DNA of 64,000 nucleotides. Source: a virus. The notes under the pieces were generated by a model. The model worked only from the letters and a program-made list of their open reading frames with translations, did not search any database and had not been told where the DNA came from. The translations under genes were made by a program, and so were the position numbers. Position 1 is the first letter of the stretch, and the number at the start of each line of letters is the position of its first letter. This document shows positions 38,310 to 48,644 of this stretch, one piece after another. The stretch lies in the IMG/VR virus record IMGVR_UViG_3300047494_000112, positions 64,001 to 128,000 of that record, one strand, 5' to 3'.

Positions 38310-39848
38310 ATGATTAAAGATTTAGTTCAATATATTCCAGCAGCACTCTTTAATCCTGCTCATTCAGGAACCGGAGTTTATATAAAGTATCACGCTCTAA
38401 GAAATGAACCACCTAAACTCTTAAAGTACAAAACTGAATACACTCACTTGGATACTCCCGATAGAGAGTTGTTACTTGTCAACGACAACAATCGACTCGG
38501 AAATACCAGACCTTTGGATGAAGGATTTGATGAATTTGTTTCTTTTTCTCCTATGCATCTGAGTTCAAAAGATTCAGGCATGAAGTGGGGAATGATGAAT
38601 TACCTTCAAAATCTCAATCCCAAGTATAATCACCATTTCATGGATGCTTATAAAGATATTCCTGATCGTGTGAAGATTATTTCTGACTCTGGTGGGTTTC
38701 AACTTTCTAGAGGCAGCGTTTCTTTTATTAATCCTGAAAAATTGGCTATATGGTACAGTACCACCTGTGACGTAGGCATGACTTTGGATGTTCCTTTAGG
38801 TCGAGAAGGTAGCAGCAAATACTTGAAAGAGTCTGGAAAGATACAAAAGAAAAACAATGAAAAAATGCTGGAAACTTTTTCAAAGCTAAATAGTCCTACA
38901 AAGCTCATGAACGTTTTGCATGGATTAAATGAATCAGAGTATGAGCTGTATCACAAAATTGTGTATGAGCCGACTGTGGATAAACTTGCAATTGGTGGTG
39001 TCTATCACTCTTCATTAGTTACATCCACCAAGCTGATCTATAATTTAATGTTTGAGTCTGATATAGGCAAGCACTACAATCACGTCCATATCTTAGGCGT
39101 ATTTAATAACAAAATATTGCCAATCTATTATTGGATTTTCAAATTAGCAAATGAGAAGCGCAAGAAACCAATTCTACTAACTTCTGATTCTTCTACTGCA
39201 ATCCAACAAGCAGTAGCCAAAACATATTTTATGGCTCACAATTACGACGAGCCTTATCAGTTTCAAAAATTAGGTACAACGTTTCAGACAGGACATCTTC
39301 CATCGAGAGTAATTTCATCACCTTTTAGAACATTAAACTGTTGCTGTCCTGTTTGTGCAGCCCTGAAATATACTGACCTATTTACTTTCTGCACAGGTCA
39401 AGCCATAAACTCAGCATTAACGTACCATAACAATTGGCAGTTTAGTCGCTATACCAATTTCATGAATGAAATGCTGCAAAAGCTTGATTTTGAACAGTAT
39501 CGAGATTTGGTTGCAAGACAAATTGGAAAGAGAGCTTCTAGAGACACTTTGGATGCTCTTGATTTTGTTAATCATGCACATAAACATGGTTTGAAGTCAG
39601 CACATAGTAGGTTTCATCACTATTTTAGAAATCTGTTTTCTTTTTCAAAAGAATTAGCTGAAGAAAAAACCATTAAGAAAAAAAGAGACGAATTTTTGGT
39701 GACTGTGTTTGACAAGTATAACAAATATCATAAAACAGGAAAGGCTCCTGAAACCGTTAAAATTATGCTTGACAAAAAAGTAGGTAATCTGGCTCAAAAG
39801 TCAACTTCCTCTAATAAAAAAGCGAAAAAAATCTCAATTAAAAAGTAA
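38310..39848 (+). CDS. guanine transglycosylase, TGT/DpdA family
   Basis: SDSGGFQL, GMTLDVP, VLHG, LAIGG, HILG, SDSST, Zn site NCCCPVC...YHN. Confidence 0.88.
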   Translation: MIKDLVQYIPAALFNPAHSGTGVYIKYHALRNEPPKLLKYKTEYTHLDTPDRELLLVNDNNRLGNTRPLDEGFDEFVSFSPMHLSSKDSGMKWGMMNYLQNLNPKYNHHFMDAYKDIPDRVKIISDSGGFQLSRGSVSFINPEKLAIWYSTTCDVGMTLDVPLGREGSSKYLKESGKIQKKNNEKMLETFSKLNSPTKLMNVLHGLNESEYELYHKIVYEPTVDKLAIGGVYHSSLVTSTKLIYNLMFESDIGKHYNHVHILGVFNNKILPIYYWIFKLANEKRKKPILLTSDSSTAIQQAVAKTYFMAHNYDEPYQFQKLGTTFQTGHLPSRVISSPFRTLNCCCPVCAALKYTDLFTFCTGQAINSALTYHNNWQFSRYTNFMNEMLQKLDFEQYRDLVARQIGKRASRDTLDALDFVNHAHKHGLKSAHSRFHHYFRNLFSFSKELAEEKTIKKKRDEFLVTVFDKYNKYHKTGKAPETVKIMLDKKVGNLAQKSTSSNKKAKKISIKK

Positions 39849-39855
39849 GGAATTT

Positions 39856-40353
39856 GTGATGAAAAAAATGTATGTAGGTGAAGAAGTAGGTAACACTCCA
39901 ATGTATGGAACACAAACTTTGTTTGTAGTAGGCTTGCAAGATTATGTTAGTGTTATTTCTGCTGCCGAAGCAAATGAATGTGATCATATCTTTTTAGGAG
40001 CAAATTTTAGCTTTAATCCAGAGGATGATCAAGATGAATTTAATGATTGGGAAGAGTTGATCTTTAATCTGTTGGATAGTCCTTTTGGCTACCATGTAAC
40101 TTTGGATATAGAAATTCCCAAATATAGCGTTTTTATCAAAGATATGGTCAAGAAATTTCCTGACAATTTTTATCCTTTGCTGTCCGTTAGATTGCCTAAT
40201 ATACTAGAATACGGTCCAAATGCGACTATAAAAATTGATGACATTGGATTCAACAAGACTAATCCAGGTATCTGGTGTTTTCCTTTGGATGATAGCTTAA
40301 AGGATTGGGGGTTTTTCAACACTTGGGATGAAATGATAAATAACACGGTTTAA
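39856..40353 (+). CDS. hypothetical protein closing the 7-deazaguanine cluster
   Basis: ORF track; shares motifs with 35823-36254. Confidence 0.65.
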   Translation: MMKKMYVGEEVGNTPMYGTQTLFVVGLQDYVSVISAAEANECDHIFLGANFSFNPEDDQDEFNDWEELIFNLLDSPFGYHVTLDIEIPKYSVFIKDMVKKFPDNFYPLLSVRLPNILEYGPNATIKIDDIGFNKTNPGIWCFPLDDSLKDWGFFNTWDEMINNTV

Positions 40354-40423
40354 TACGTGGTTCGGAATATATAATTTTACTTACGGACTAATTTTCATAA
40401 GGACTATTATATATGGAGCGCAC

Positions 40424-40969
40424 ATGGTTGATAACGTTACCGCTCACATTCTTAATGTTTTAGCAGCAAAAAAGAAAACTTCACAAACAATTGTTGACCC
40501 TAGAAGAGTAGCAATTGCTTTACCCAATTCTAGAGTGCCTAAAGCTGATTCAGTTGTGAGCTTCAAATACCTATTAATGAATAGCATTAAGTATCAGCCA
40601 GATGAAGCTAACTCTGAACATGTTACGCTCCGTTCTTTGGCTAAAAAGAATTTCAAGAATGGGTCCATTGGAGCTGTAGGTTCAACTTTGACGGACTTGC
40701 CTCAATATCGTCAAAAGCACAAATGGGATCAGACTCTTCGCTGCACACCAGCAAGCTATCGTGGTAAAATAATTGACTGCCCTTCAATTGTATTCAACTG
40801 TTCATGCCCTCGGTTCACGTTTGTCTGGAATTGGGTTCTCTGGGCCAAGTCAGCATCAGTTTTAAATGCTACAAACGAGCCGCCTGACATTACTAATCCT
40901 CGCAAGCTAATTGGGGGATGCAAGCACGCGATTATTTTTCTTCAAGCAATCAAAAAACGCGGTATGTAA
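40424..40969 (+). CDS. SWIM zinc-finger protein
   Basis: FNCSCPRF...GCKHAI (CxC...CxH). Confidence 0.65.
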   Translation: MVDNVTAHILNVLAAKKKTSQTIVDPRRVAIALPNSRVPKADSVVSFKYLLMNSIKYQPDEANSEHVTLRSLAKKNFKNGSIGAVGSTLTDLPQYRQKHKWDQTLRCTPASYRGKIIDCPSIVFNCSCPRFTFVWNWVLWAKSASVLNATNEPPDITNPRKLIGGCKHAIIFLQAIKKRGM

Positions 40970-41042
40970 ATTCATCTGGCTAGAAATCTAGTTTCAGAAT
41001 AATTAGCAGTCAAGCTGCTTTATTAAAAGGACTAAAAACAAA

Positions 41043-42905
41043 ATGCGCTACTCTGAAGCAATGTCATCTGCTACCTCAAATTCACTCAAATTTGGTCCGC
41101 AGCGAAAAACACCAGATACAATAGACATTGATTTAGAACGCAATAATTTAATCACTGGACATGGCATGGAGACATTCAACACGTCCTATCTCTTACCAGG
41201 TGAAAATCCACAAACTCTATATGCTAGAGTTTGTGCTTGGATGGGGAGCAATTCAGAACATGCTCAGCGTTTGTATGACTATTTAAGTAAGCATTGGTTC
41301 TCACCAGCTACACCAATTCTATCTAATGCTGGTACTAAACGTGGCCAGACCATTTCATGCTATCTAACTGAAGTTCAAGATAGTATGCGCTCAATTATTG
41401 ACAAGTGGCAGGAACAAGCTTGGTTAGCTTCTCAGGGTGGAGGTTTAGGTGTCTCTTGGAGACAAGTTCGTTCTCGTTCTGAAAAAGTTGGACAAGTAGG
41501 TTCAACTAGCGGTGTTGTCCCTTTTCTAAAGGTTTGTGAGTCTTTGACGCTTGCAATTTCACAAGGTTCTTTACGCCGTGGAAATGCTGCAATGTATCTG
41601 CCTATTTGGCATCCAGAGATAATTGAATTTCTTAATATTCGTAATCCTGTAGGAGGGGATCCCAAACGTAAAACGTTAGAACTGCATCACGGTATTACAA
41701 TTGATGATGAGTTCATGAAGGCTGTCGAGACAAATTCAACATATAATCTACGTTCACCAAAAGATGGATCAATTATAGATATAGTCAAGGCTCGCGAGGT
41801 TTGGATTCGTATTCTAACTACTAGAGTTGAAACTGGCGAACCATACATTATTTTTATAGATAATGTTAACAAAGCTGTTCCTGAGCATCATCAAGCTTTA
41901 GGCTTGTTTCCAACAAGCTCGAATTTATGCAGCGAGATTTTACTTCCTATAGGACCAGATTATAACAAAAAAGATCGAACCGCTGTTTGTTGTCTGTCTT
42001 CTCTAAATTTAGAGTATTGGGACGAGTGGAAAGACAACGAGCAATTTATTCCGGATATTATGGAGTTTCTTGACAACATATTAATCGAGTATTGCGATAC
42101 TGCTATTCCGGAAATGCAACATGCAGTTTATTCTGCAAGACAAGAGCGTAGTGTAGGTTTAGGAGTAATGGGCTTTCATTCTTTATTGCAAAAGAAAAAT
42201 TTGCCTTGGGAATCAGCTCTCTCTAAATCTCTAAACATGAAAGTATTCAAACATCTAAAGTTGGAAACTGATAGATCTTCAAAGCTATTAGCTGAGCTTC
42301 GTGGTCCATGTCCTGATGCTGTTGAATACACCTGCAGAACAGGTAAAGAATATAACGAACGCTTTTCTTACAAAATGGCAATTGCTCCTACAGCAAGCAT
42401 TTCAATTTTAACTGGTCAGTCCTCGCCAGGAATTGAACCTAATGCTGCAAACATTTTTAAATTTGTTATCAAAGCAGGAACACTAATTGCAAAGAACAAA
42501 TATTTATCTGAGTTGTTGGACAAATACGGTATGAATACTTCTGAAGTTTGGGAAGATATATCTCAAAACAAGGGTAGTGTCCGTCATCTGGAATTTCTCA
42601 CCCCATACGAAAAAGATATTTTTAAGACGGCTACAGAAATTGACCAACGTTGGCTAGTTGAGTTTGCCGCTGATAGAACTCCATTTGTAGATCAAGGACA
42701 AAGCTTAAATTTGTTTCTACCCGCCGATATCAACAAAAAAGATTTGCATAACATTCACATGATGGCTTGGAAAAAAGGAGTAAAAAGCTTATATTATGTA
42801 AGAAGTTCCAGTGTTCAACAAGCTCAAACATTGGATAGAGTGTTAAAAGCAAGCAAAGCAGAAACTCCTTCGTTCAATTCGGACGAATGCTTGGCTTGTC
42901 AGTAG
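41043..42905 (+). CDS. nrdA: class I ribonucleotide reductase alpha subunit
   Basis: SPATP, ISCY, SNLCSE, AIAPTAS, DQGQSLN, KSLYY, C-terminal ECLACQ. Confidence 0.96.
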   Translation: MRYSEAMSSATSNSLKFGPQRKTPDTIDIDLERNNLITGHGMETFNTSYLLPGENPQTLYARVCAWMGSNSEHAQRLYDYLSKHWFSPATPILSNAGTKRGQTISCYLTEVQDSMRSIIDKWQEQAWLASQGGGLGVSWRQVRSRSEKVGQVGSTSGVVPFLKVCESLTLAISQGSLRRGNAAMYLPIWHPEIIEFLNIRNPVGGDPKRKTLELHHGITIDDEFMKAVETNSTYNLRSPKDGSIIDIVKAREVWIRILTTRVETGEPYIIFIDNVNKAVPEHHQALGLFPTSSNLCSEILLPIGPDYNKKDRTAVCCLSSLNLEYWDEWKDNEQFIPDIMEFLDNILIEYCDTAIPEMQHAVYSARQERSVGLGVMGFHSLLQKKNLPWESALSKSLNMKVFKHLKLETDRSSKLLAELRGPCPDAVEYTCRTGKEYNERFSYKMAIAPTASISILTGQSSPGIEPNAANIFKFVIKAGTLIAKNKYLSELLDKYGMNTSEVWEDISQNKGSVRHLEFLTPYEKDIFKTATEIDQRWLVEFAADRTPFVDQGQSLNLFLPADINKKDLHNIHMMAWKKGVKSLYYVRSSSVQQAQTLDRVLKASKAETPSFNSDECLACQ

Positions 42906-42922
42906 CCTAATAGGAGGACATA

Positions 42923-44087
42923 ATGTCCTTAAAATTTCAAGAGGGAATGATCCTTTACAACAGTAAATTGCTAGTTTCATGGGATGACTTTGATGAAGCT
43001 AGAGTGTATTGGGATACAGTTGATTTTGTTATCAATGATATTGACATTTCAAGTTTAATTAAGGTAACAAAAGAAGGTTTAGAGTACCAATCTGAAAAAG
43101 CTGAAGAATTATTGGTAAAAAGCTATTGCTTAGCACTAATGTTTGCCTTCAATTATGGATTTAGATCACACATTGATCTAGAAAGCTATAGTCGAGTTTG
43201 GGAAGGTTATTCAATTCATGTCAATAATCGAGATGTTGACATGTTTGAATCTGAAATAATTATTACCGATGACATTCACTCAACTGAGATAACATGTTAT
43301 GAAGATTCAGAAGTAATACAAGGTAGAAAATATACCTTGTATTCTAGTGTAAATTGGAAATCAGTCTTTGGATTTGTTCATAAATTCTATGAAACAGAAA
43401 ACGATCAGGACGTGGAAGATGAGCATTTAATGGCTTTGGGCTTAATGCAAGCTCGTGACGACGGTTTAAAAAATGGAAAATTGTTGTAATTTGTAATAAG
43501 GAATTAAGAACGTGGTTTTGGATATTTTTAACTCTACAAATTTTTATGGATACAATGTTGTATCTAATACGCATGTACCGCTTCAAACTGATAACTACCT
43601 CTATTCATCCTACTTTGATGGAACAAAAATTGTAACTACGAACCTAAACGATGGAACAGTTGTTAATACTACTGGCTTGCAATCAACAGGTGTAGTATTA
43701 AATCCACAAATTGCACCTAGCACTTATGGAAATATCTCAATCTCAAATAATAATCCATTATTATTTCTTAATAACCCATTTATTCAGCAACAATTGTCAG
43801 GTGTTCCCTGTGATCAAAAATCAGTTACTTTTGATGATATGGTAAATGAATCTAAAGACGAAGAGAATGAGCTCGTTGATGAATCTGAAATTGAAGCCGT
43901 AACTCAAACTCTTTATAAAGATGAATTTGATTCCAAAGGTCGCATGAAGCTAGATTGGAACCTAATCGAAAAACTGGTAAATACAGAGTATGATGATTTG
44001 AGCAATGACGAAAATTGTGCTAAGCATATTGCTCATCTACTCATGGAAGCGCGTGAGTTTGGATTTAAAGAGTCTATCAAGAGGTGA
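42923..44087 (+). other. two hypothetical ORFs (42923-43489, 43512-44087)
   Basis: ORF track; GGAGG SD before the first. Confidence 0.6.
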
Positions 44088-44437
44088 AAATGGTTGAGCT
44101 TACAGACGAAGACATTATCTCAATGCGTCAAAGATTAAGATCAGGAGAAGCTTCGCTTAGGCTATTGGCTGCAGAATATAGAACTGATAGAAAGAGGATA
44201 ACAAATGCTATAAAGGGAAATACTTTTCAGCATTTGAATGAATTTGAACCTCCCGTTGAAGATATTGGCGTAAAAAAGGGACCTAGAAAAATTTTCTTTC
44301 CAAAGACTAAAGCAGCAATAGATAAACTGTATAAACTAGGATACAAAAAACATCAGATTAAACAAATACTCATTGAAAACGGAACTACAATGAGTAAAGT
44401 AACAATTGATCGTGCCTTAGGAACCTATAAATTTTAA
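44084..44437 (+). CDS. HTH DNA-binding protein
   Basis: SLRLLAAEYRTDRKRITNAIKGNTFQHL resembles the HTH tails of phage HNH proteins. Confidence 0.5.
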   Translation: MKMVELTDEDIISMRQRLRSGEASLRLLAAEYRTDRKRITNAIKGNTFQHLNEFEPPVEDIGVKKGPRKIFFPKTKAAIDKLYKLGYKKHQIKQILIENGTTMSKVTIDRALGTYKF

Positions 44438-44466
44438 CCTGATTTCCTTGAAAGGGAAACTATAAC

Positions 44467-46413
44467 ATGACCGGTGAAATTGATATCTTTGAAGAGATTA
44501 AACTCTCAAACAGCTTTCATGACGCAGAAAAAATGTCAATGCGTGATTATCTAGATCTATGCAAAGTAGATAGCTCTGCTTATGCTTCAGCTCCAGAGCG
44601 CATGTTAAAAGCAATTGGAAAACCCATTAAGCTGGACACGTCAAAGGACGAACGTCTTTCCCGAATTTTCTATAACCGTACTATCAAAGTCTATCCAGCT
44701 TTTGCTGACTTCTATGGTATTGAAGAGGCAATTGAATCTATTGTAAACTTTTTTACTCATGCTGCACAAGGTTTGGAAGAGCGTAAACAAATTTTGTACC
44801 TACTTGGCCCAGTTGGCTCCTCCAAGAGCTCTTTGGCTGAGCGTCTAAAACACTTGATGGAAAATCAGCCAATCTATGTCTTGGCAACCAAAGATCATGG
44901 CATGTCTCCTATTTTTGAATCGCCTTTAAGCTTGTTCATTAAAGACGAACAGATTGAAAAAATTGAAAAGAACTACAACATTCCTCGTTCCTATATGCCA
45001 GGAATAATGTCGCCTTGGGCTGTCAAGCGTTTGACAGAGTTTAAAGGAGATATTTCTCAGTTTGTTGTTCACAAAATTTACCCAAGCAAGCTGCAACAAA
45101 TCTGTGTTGCAAAAATTGAGCCAGGTGATGACAACAATATGGATATTGGCTCGATGGTCGGCAAGGTTGACCTTCGTATGCTTGAGAAATTTCCGCAAAA
45201 TGACACCGATGCTTATAGCTATTCAGGTTCCATGAATAGAGCCACTCAAGGCGTAATGGAATTTGTTGAAATGTTTAAAGCCCCGATAAAAATGCTGCAT
45301 CCGTTGCTAACTGCAACGCAAGAACGTAACTATATGGGTACTGAGAATATTGGTGCTATACCGTTTGACGGCATCATTTTGGCTCACTCAAACGAGTCTG
45401 AATGGGCAACTTTTAAGCATAACAAAAATAACGAAGCTTTTATTGATCGTGTTTACACAATCAAAGTGCCTTATTGCTTGCGAGTATCTGAAGAAGTCAA
45501 AATTTACGAAAAGCTTATCCGACATTCCAATCTACAAAACAACCCTCTAGCTCCGCATACATTGGAAATGTTGGCGCGCATGTCGGTTCTATCTCGCTTG
45601 CATGAGCATGAGAACAGCAACTATTTCAGTAAGATGCGTGTGTATGATGGTGAGTTCATTAAAGAGACTGATCCTCACGCTAAAACAGTTCAAGAGTATC
45701 GTGATGCAGCAGGTCAAGATGAAGGCATGACCGGCATCTCTACTCGGTTTGCGTTCAAAGTTCTTTCGGCCACATATAACTACGACTCTGAAGAAATCTC
45801 TGCTGACCCTGTTCATTTGATGCTTCAAATTGAGAAAGCAATCAAGAAAGAGCAGTATCACAAGGATTTGGAAAACAAATATATTTCTTTCTTGCAAGAA
45901 ACATTGGCGGCAAAGTATCTTCAATTTATTGGTGATGAAATTCAGAAAGCTTATCTGGAGTCATACAAAGACTATGGCCAAAATATGTTTGAACGCTATA
46001 TTGATTTAGCTGACAACTGGCTTGAAGATAAAGATTACAAAGATCCTGATACAGGTCAGCTAATGAATCGAGAGCTGATCGATAAAGAACTATCAAAAAT
46101 GGAAAAACCTGCAGGTATTGGTAATCCTAAAGATTTCCGAAATGAGGTTGTCAAGTTTGCTTTGCGAGCTGCAAAGAATACTGGCAAGACTCCTGCTTGG
46201 GATTCTTATGAAAAGATAAGAGACGTAATTGAAAAGCGCATGTTTTCAAACGTTGAAGATTTGCTTCCTATTATCAGCTTTGGCACAAAGAAAGACGCTG
46301 AGACTGACAAAAAACATAATGACTTTTTGGCTCGTATGAAAGAGCGTGGCTATACGGAACGTCAGGTTCGTCGTACTGTTGAATGGTACGTGCGAGCTAA
46401 AGGATCCATGTGA
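44467..46413 (+). CDS. prkA: PrkA/YeaG family AAA+ ATPase/serine kinase
   Basis: LYLLGPVGSSKSS, PGDDNNMDIG, EFVEMFKAPIKMLHPLLTATQE, HSNESEW, NNEAFIDR, GMTGISTRF. Confidence 0.96.
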   Translation: MTGEIDIFEEIKLSNSFHDAEKMSMRDYLDLCKVDSSAYASAPERMLKAIGKPIKLDTSKDERLSRIFYNRTIKVYPAFADFYGIEEAIESIVNFFTHAAQGLEERKQILYLLGPVGSSKSSLAERLKHLMENQPIYVLATKDHGMSPIFESPLSLFIKDEQIEKIEKNYNIPRSYMPGIMSPWAVKRLTEFKGDISQFVVHKIYPSKLQQICVAKIEPGDDNNMDIGSMVGKVDLRMLEKFPQNDTDAYSYSGSMNRATQGVMEFVEMFKAPIKMLHPLLTATQERNYMGTENIGAIPFDGIILAHSNESEWATFKHNKNNEAFIDRVYTIKVPYCLRVSEEVKIYEKLIRHSNLQNNPLAPHTLEMLARMSVLSRLHEHENSNYFSKMRVYDGEFIKETDPHAKTVQEYRDAAGQDEGMTGISTRFAFKVLSATYNYDSEEISADPVHLMLQIEKAIKKEQYHKDLENKYISFLQETLAAKYLQFIGDEIQKAYLESYKDYGQNMFERYIDLADNWLEDKDYKDPDTGQLMNRELIDKELSKMEKPAGIGNPKDFRNEVVKFALRAAKNTGKTPAWDSYEKIRDVIEKRMFSNVEDLLPIISFGTKKDAETDKKHNDFLARMKERGYTERQVRRTVEWYVRAKGSM

Positions 46414-46432
46414 GATAAACTGGTCTTATTTT

Positions 46433-46459
46433 GGTGGTGGGTTAGATATTCCCACCACC
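46433..46459 (+). terminator. 9-bp hairpin after prkA
   Basis: GGTGGTGGG-TTAGATATT-CCCACCACC. Confidence 0.5.
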
Positions 46460-46473
46460 TAAAGAGAGTAACT

Positions 46474-47187
46474 TTGAAATTTGAAGTCAGCTTATGCTAT
46501 TTTGAAAAAGATGGTTTAACAGTTAAACAGATAATAGAGTTCAATGATTGTGAAGACAAAAATGTTATTGCTCAATTAACTTGGATATTAAACCATGTCT
46601 CTCAGACTGGCATAAAATATGCTGCAAAAGGTGTTACGGTTTACAATTTTGATGGTTCTTTAGGGCTTCAAATTTTTACTTGGAGTTTAGATACAAAGTG
46701 CGTTCCTGATGATTATGATTTTTCAAAAGCTCACAAGTTAAAATATTGGTTGTTTGTAAACGATAGTCTATCAAGACTAGATACTTCCGTGTTAATAGAG
46801 TTTTCAAAAGACTTTTATCTTCACAAATTACGATATAGGTAAAAAATGTTCCACGTTACTGTCTTAATAAAGTCTATTCTCAAATATAATTTTCCTAAAG
46901 TCGATAAAGACTTAAATTTAGAAGAGTTGGAAAAAGCTTTTAACAGCATTTTGAAGGCTTTTTCTGATGCTTTTCCAAAGCAGATAAGCGTGACAGGGTC
47001 AGGTTATTCCAATAGACCTTTCGATGTCTACGAATCGAAAGGTCCAATAACTTTACAATACTTTACAATGCTTGAAAAAGCAATTTTCTATGTTTGGGAA
47101 GATAAAGAAAAAACAAAGCTAATTCTGGAAGTTATAGCTGATAAAGACGGTAATTTACGAGGCCTCAATAAATTACGTTTTGGATAG
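46474..47187 (+). other. two orphan ORFs between prkA and yeaH (46474-46842, 46846-47187)
   Basis: ORF track; no motifs recognised. Confidence 0.55.
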
Positions 47188-47257
47188 ATTGAGATAAAAA
47201 TAGAATCTTAGTTTAGGTAAGCTTTTTCCCTTTCACTTGCCTATTCAAGGATTCTAT

Positions 47258-47319
47258 AGAGGGCAAACAAACTAGTAATTGCGGATCAGCCGGCCGCGGT
47301 GAAGTTTTGTTTGCCCTCT
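47258..47319 (+). promoter_or_regulatory. long hairpin upstream of yeaH
   Basis: AGAGGGCAAACAAA pairs with TTTGTTTGCCCTCT (14 bp), with an inner GCGG/CCGC stem; TGGTAAA follows at 47326. Confidence 0.55.
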
Positions 47320-47368
47320 GCTATTTGGTAAATTATAGTGTAACTTTCTAACAAGGGATTGAGTTATC

Positions 47369-48619
47369 ATGACAGTTGTATTTATTGATAGACGTAAACT
47401 AAGACAAGATAGAAATTTAGAAAATAGACGTAGATTTTTTCAACGAGTTAAATCTCAACTGCTAGATTCAATCCAGGATCTAAGCGATCACAAGATACAT
47501 GAGGTAGATAAGACTAAACGCAAGGTATCTTTAGACCAAGAAAAAATTGAAGAGCCTCATTTTGCTTATGCTGCAACAGGTATTTGGGAGTTTGTTCTTT
47601 CAGGCAATAGCAATCTACTATCAAACGGCTATGTTGTCGGTGATGAAATTGAAAAACCTGAAGAAAGCCAAGGTGGTAGAGGATCAGACCCGTCTGAAGA
47701 TGGTGAAGGCAACGATGACTTTTTGTTCGAGGTAAATGAAGATGAGTTTTTACAGCTCTTCTTTGAAGATCTTGAATTACCTAACATGGTTAACAAAACC
47801 ATTGCTAAAACAGATGTTTATACTTGGCAAAGAAAAGGCTACACTTCCTCTGGAGCTCCCGCTAACCTTGAATTGCGTAAGACTTTTCGTAATTCATTAG
47901 GTAGAAGGATTGCATTGGGTCGGCCTCATGTGGATGATATTGAAGAAAAGAAGGAAGATGAGACTGACGAGCAGTATCAAGAAAGAATTGCTCACTGGAA
48001 GCGCATTCCTTACATTGATCCTGTTGATGTTCGTTACCGCAATTTTGTTAAACAACCTGTACCTACATTTTCAGCTGTAATTTTCTTTATGATGGATGTT
48101 TCAGGTAGCATGACTGAGCATCATAAAGATTTAGCTAAGCGTTTCTTTATGCTATATTACTTCTTTCTGCAAAAGAAATATTTAAATGTTGAAATTGTCT
48201 TTGTTAGCCATACGCATGTAGCTAAAGAAGTTGATGAACAAGAATTTTTCTATTCCACAGATAGTGGTGGTACGCATGTTATGCCTGCGTTAAAGCTGAT
48301 TAGCAAGATTCAACAGGATAGATACCCCATTGATAAATGGAATATCTACATGGGTCAAGCTTCCGATGGTGATTGTTTTTCACAAGATGGAGTAGCGAGT
48401 GCTGAGTATATGATGGAAACGCTACTACCGATTATGCAGTACGCTTGCTATATAAATGTTTTTGATGGTGGCCGGAATAACGTAACACCTTTGATGGAAG
48501 CTTATAGTCGAATTTCAAATGAAAATTTTGATCAGGTAAAGGTCAAAGATAAAAAGGACATCTTTCCTGTTTTCCGAAAGCTGTTTTCAAAAAATAGAGA
48601 AGAAGCCAAAACTGTTTAA
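47369..48619 (+). CDS. yeaH: YeaH/YhbH (DUF444) VWA-domain protein
   Basis: FIDRR...NRRRF, GDEIEKP, MMDVSGSM, KDLAKRFF, SGGT, QASDGD. Confidence 0.93.
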   Translation: MTVVFIDRRKLRQDRNLENRRRFFQRVKSQLLDSIQDLSDHKIHEVDKTKRKVSLDQEKIEEPHFAYAATGIWEFVLSGNSNLLSNGYVVGDEIEKPEESQGGRGSDPSEDGEGNDDFLFEVNEDEFLQLFFEDLELPNMVNKTIAKTDVYTWQRKGYTSSGAPANLELRKTFRNSLGRRIALGRPHVDDIEEKKEDETDEQYQERIAHWKRIPYIDPVDVRYRNFVKQPVPTFSAVIFFMMDVSGSMTEHHKDLAKRFFMLYYFFLQKKYLNVEIVFVSHTHVAKEVDEQEFFYSTDSGGTHVMPALKLISKIQQDRYPIDKWNIYMGQASDGDCFSQDGVASAEYMMETLLPIMQYACYINVFDGGRNNVTPLMEAYSRISNENFDQVKVKDKKDIFPVFRKLFSKNREEAKTV

Positions 48620-48644
48620 TCTAATATTGTGAAAGAGAAATGGC

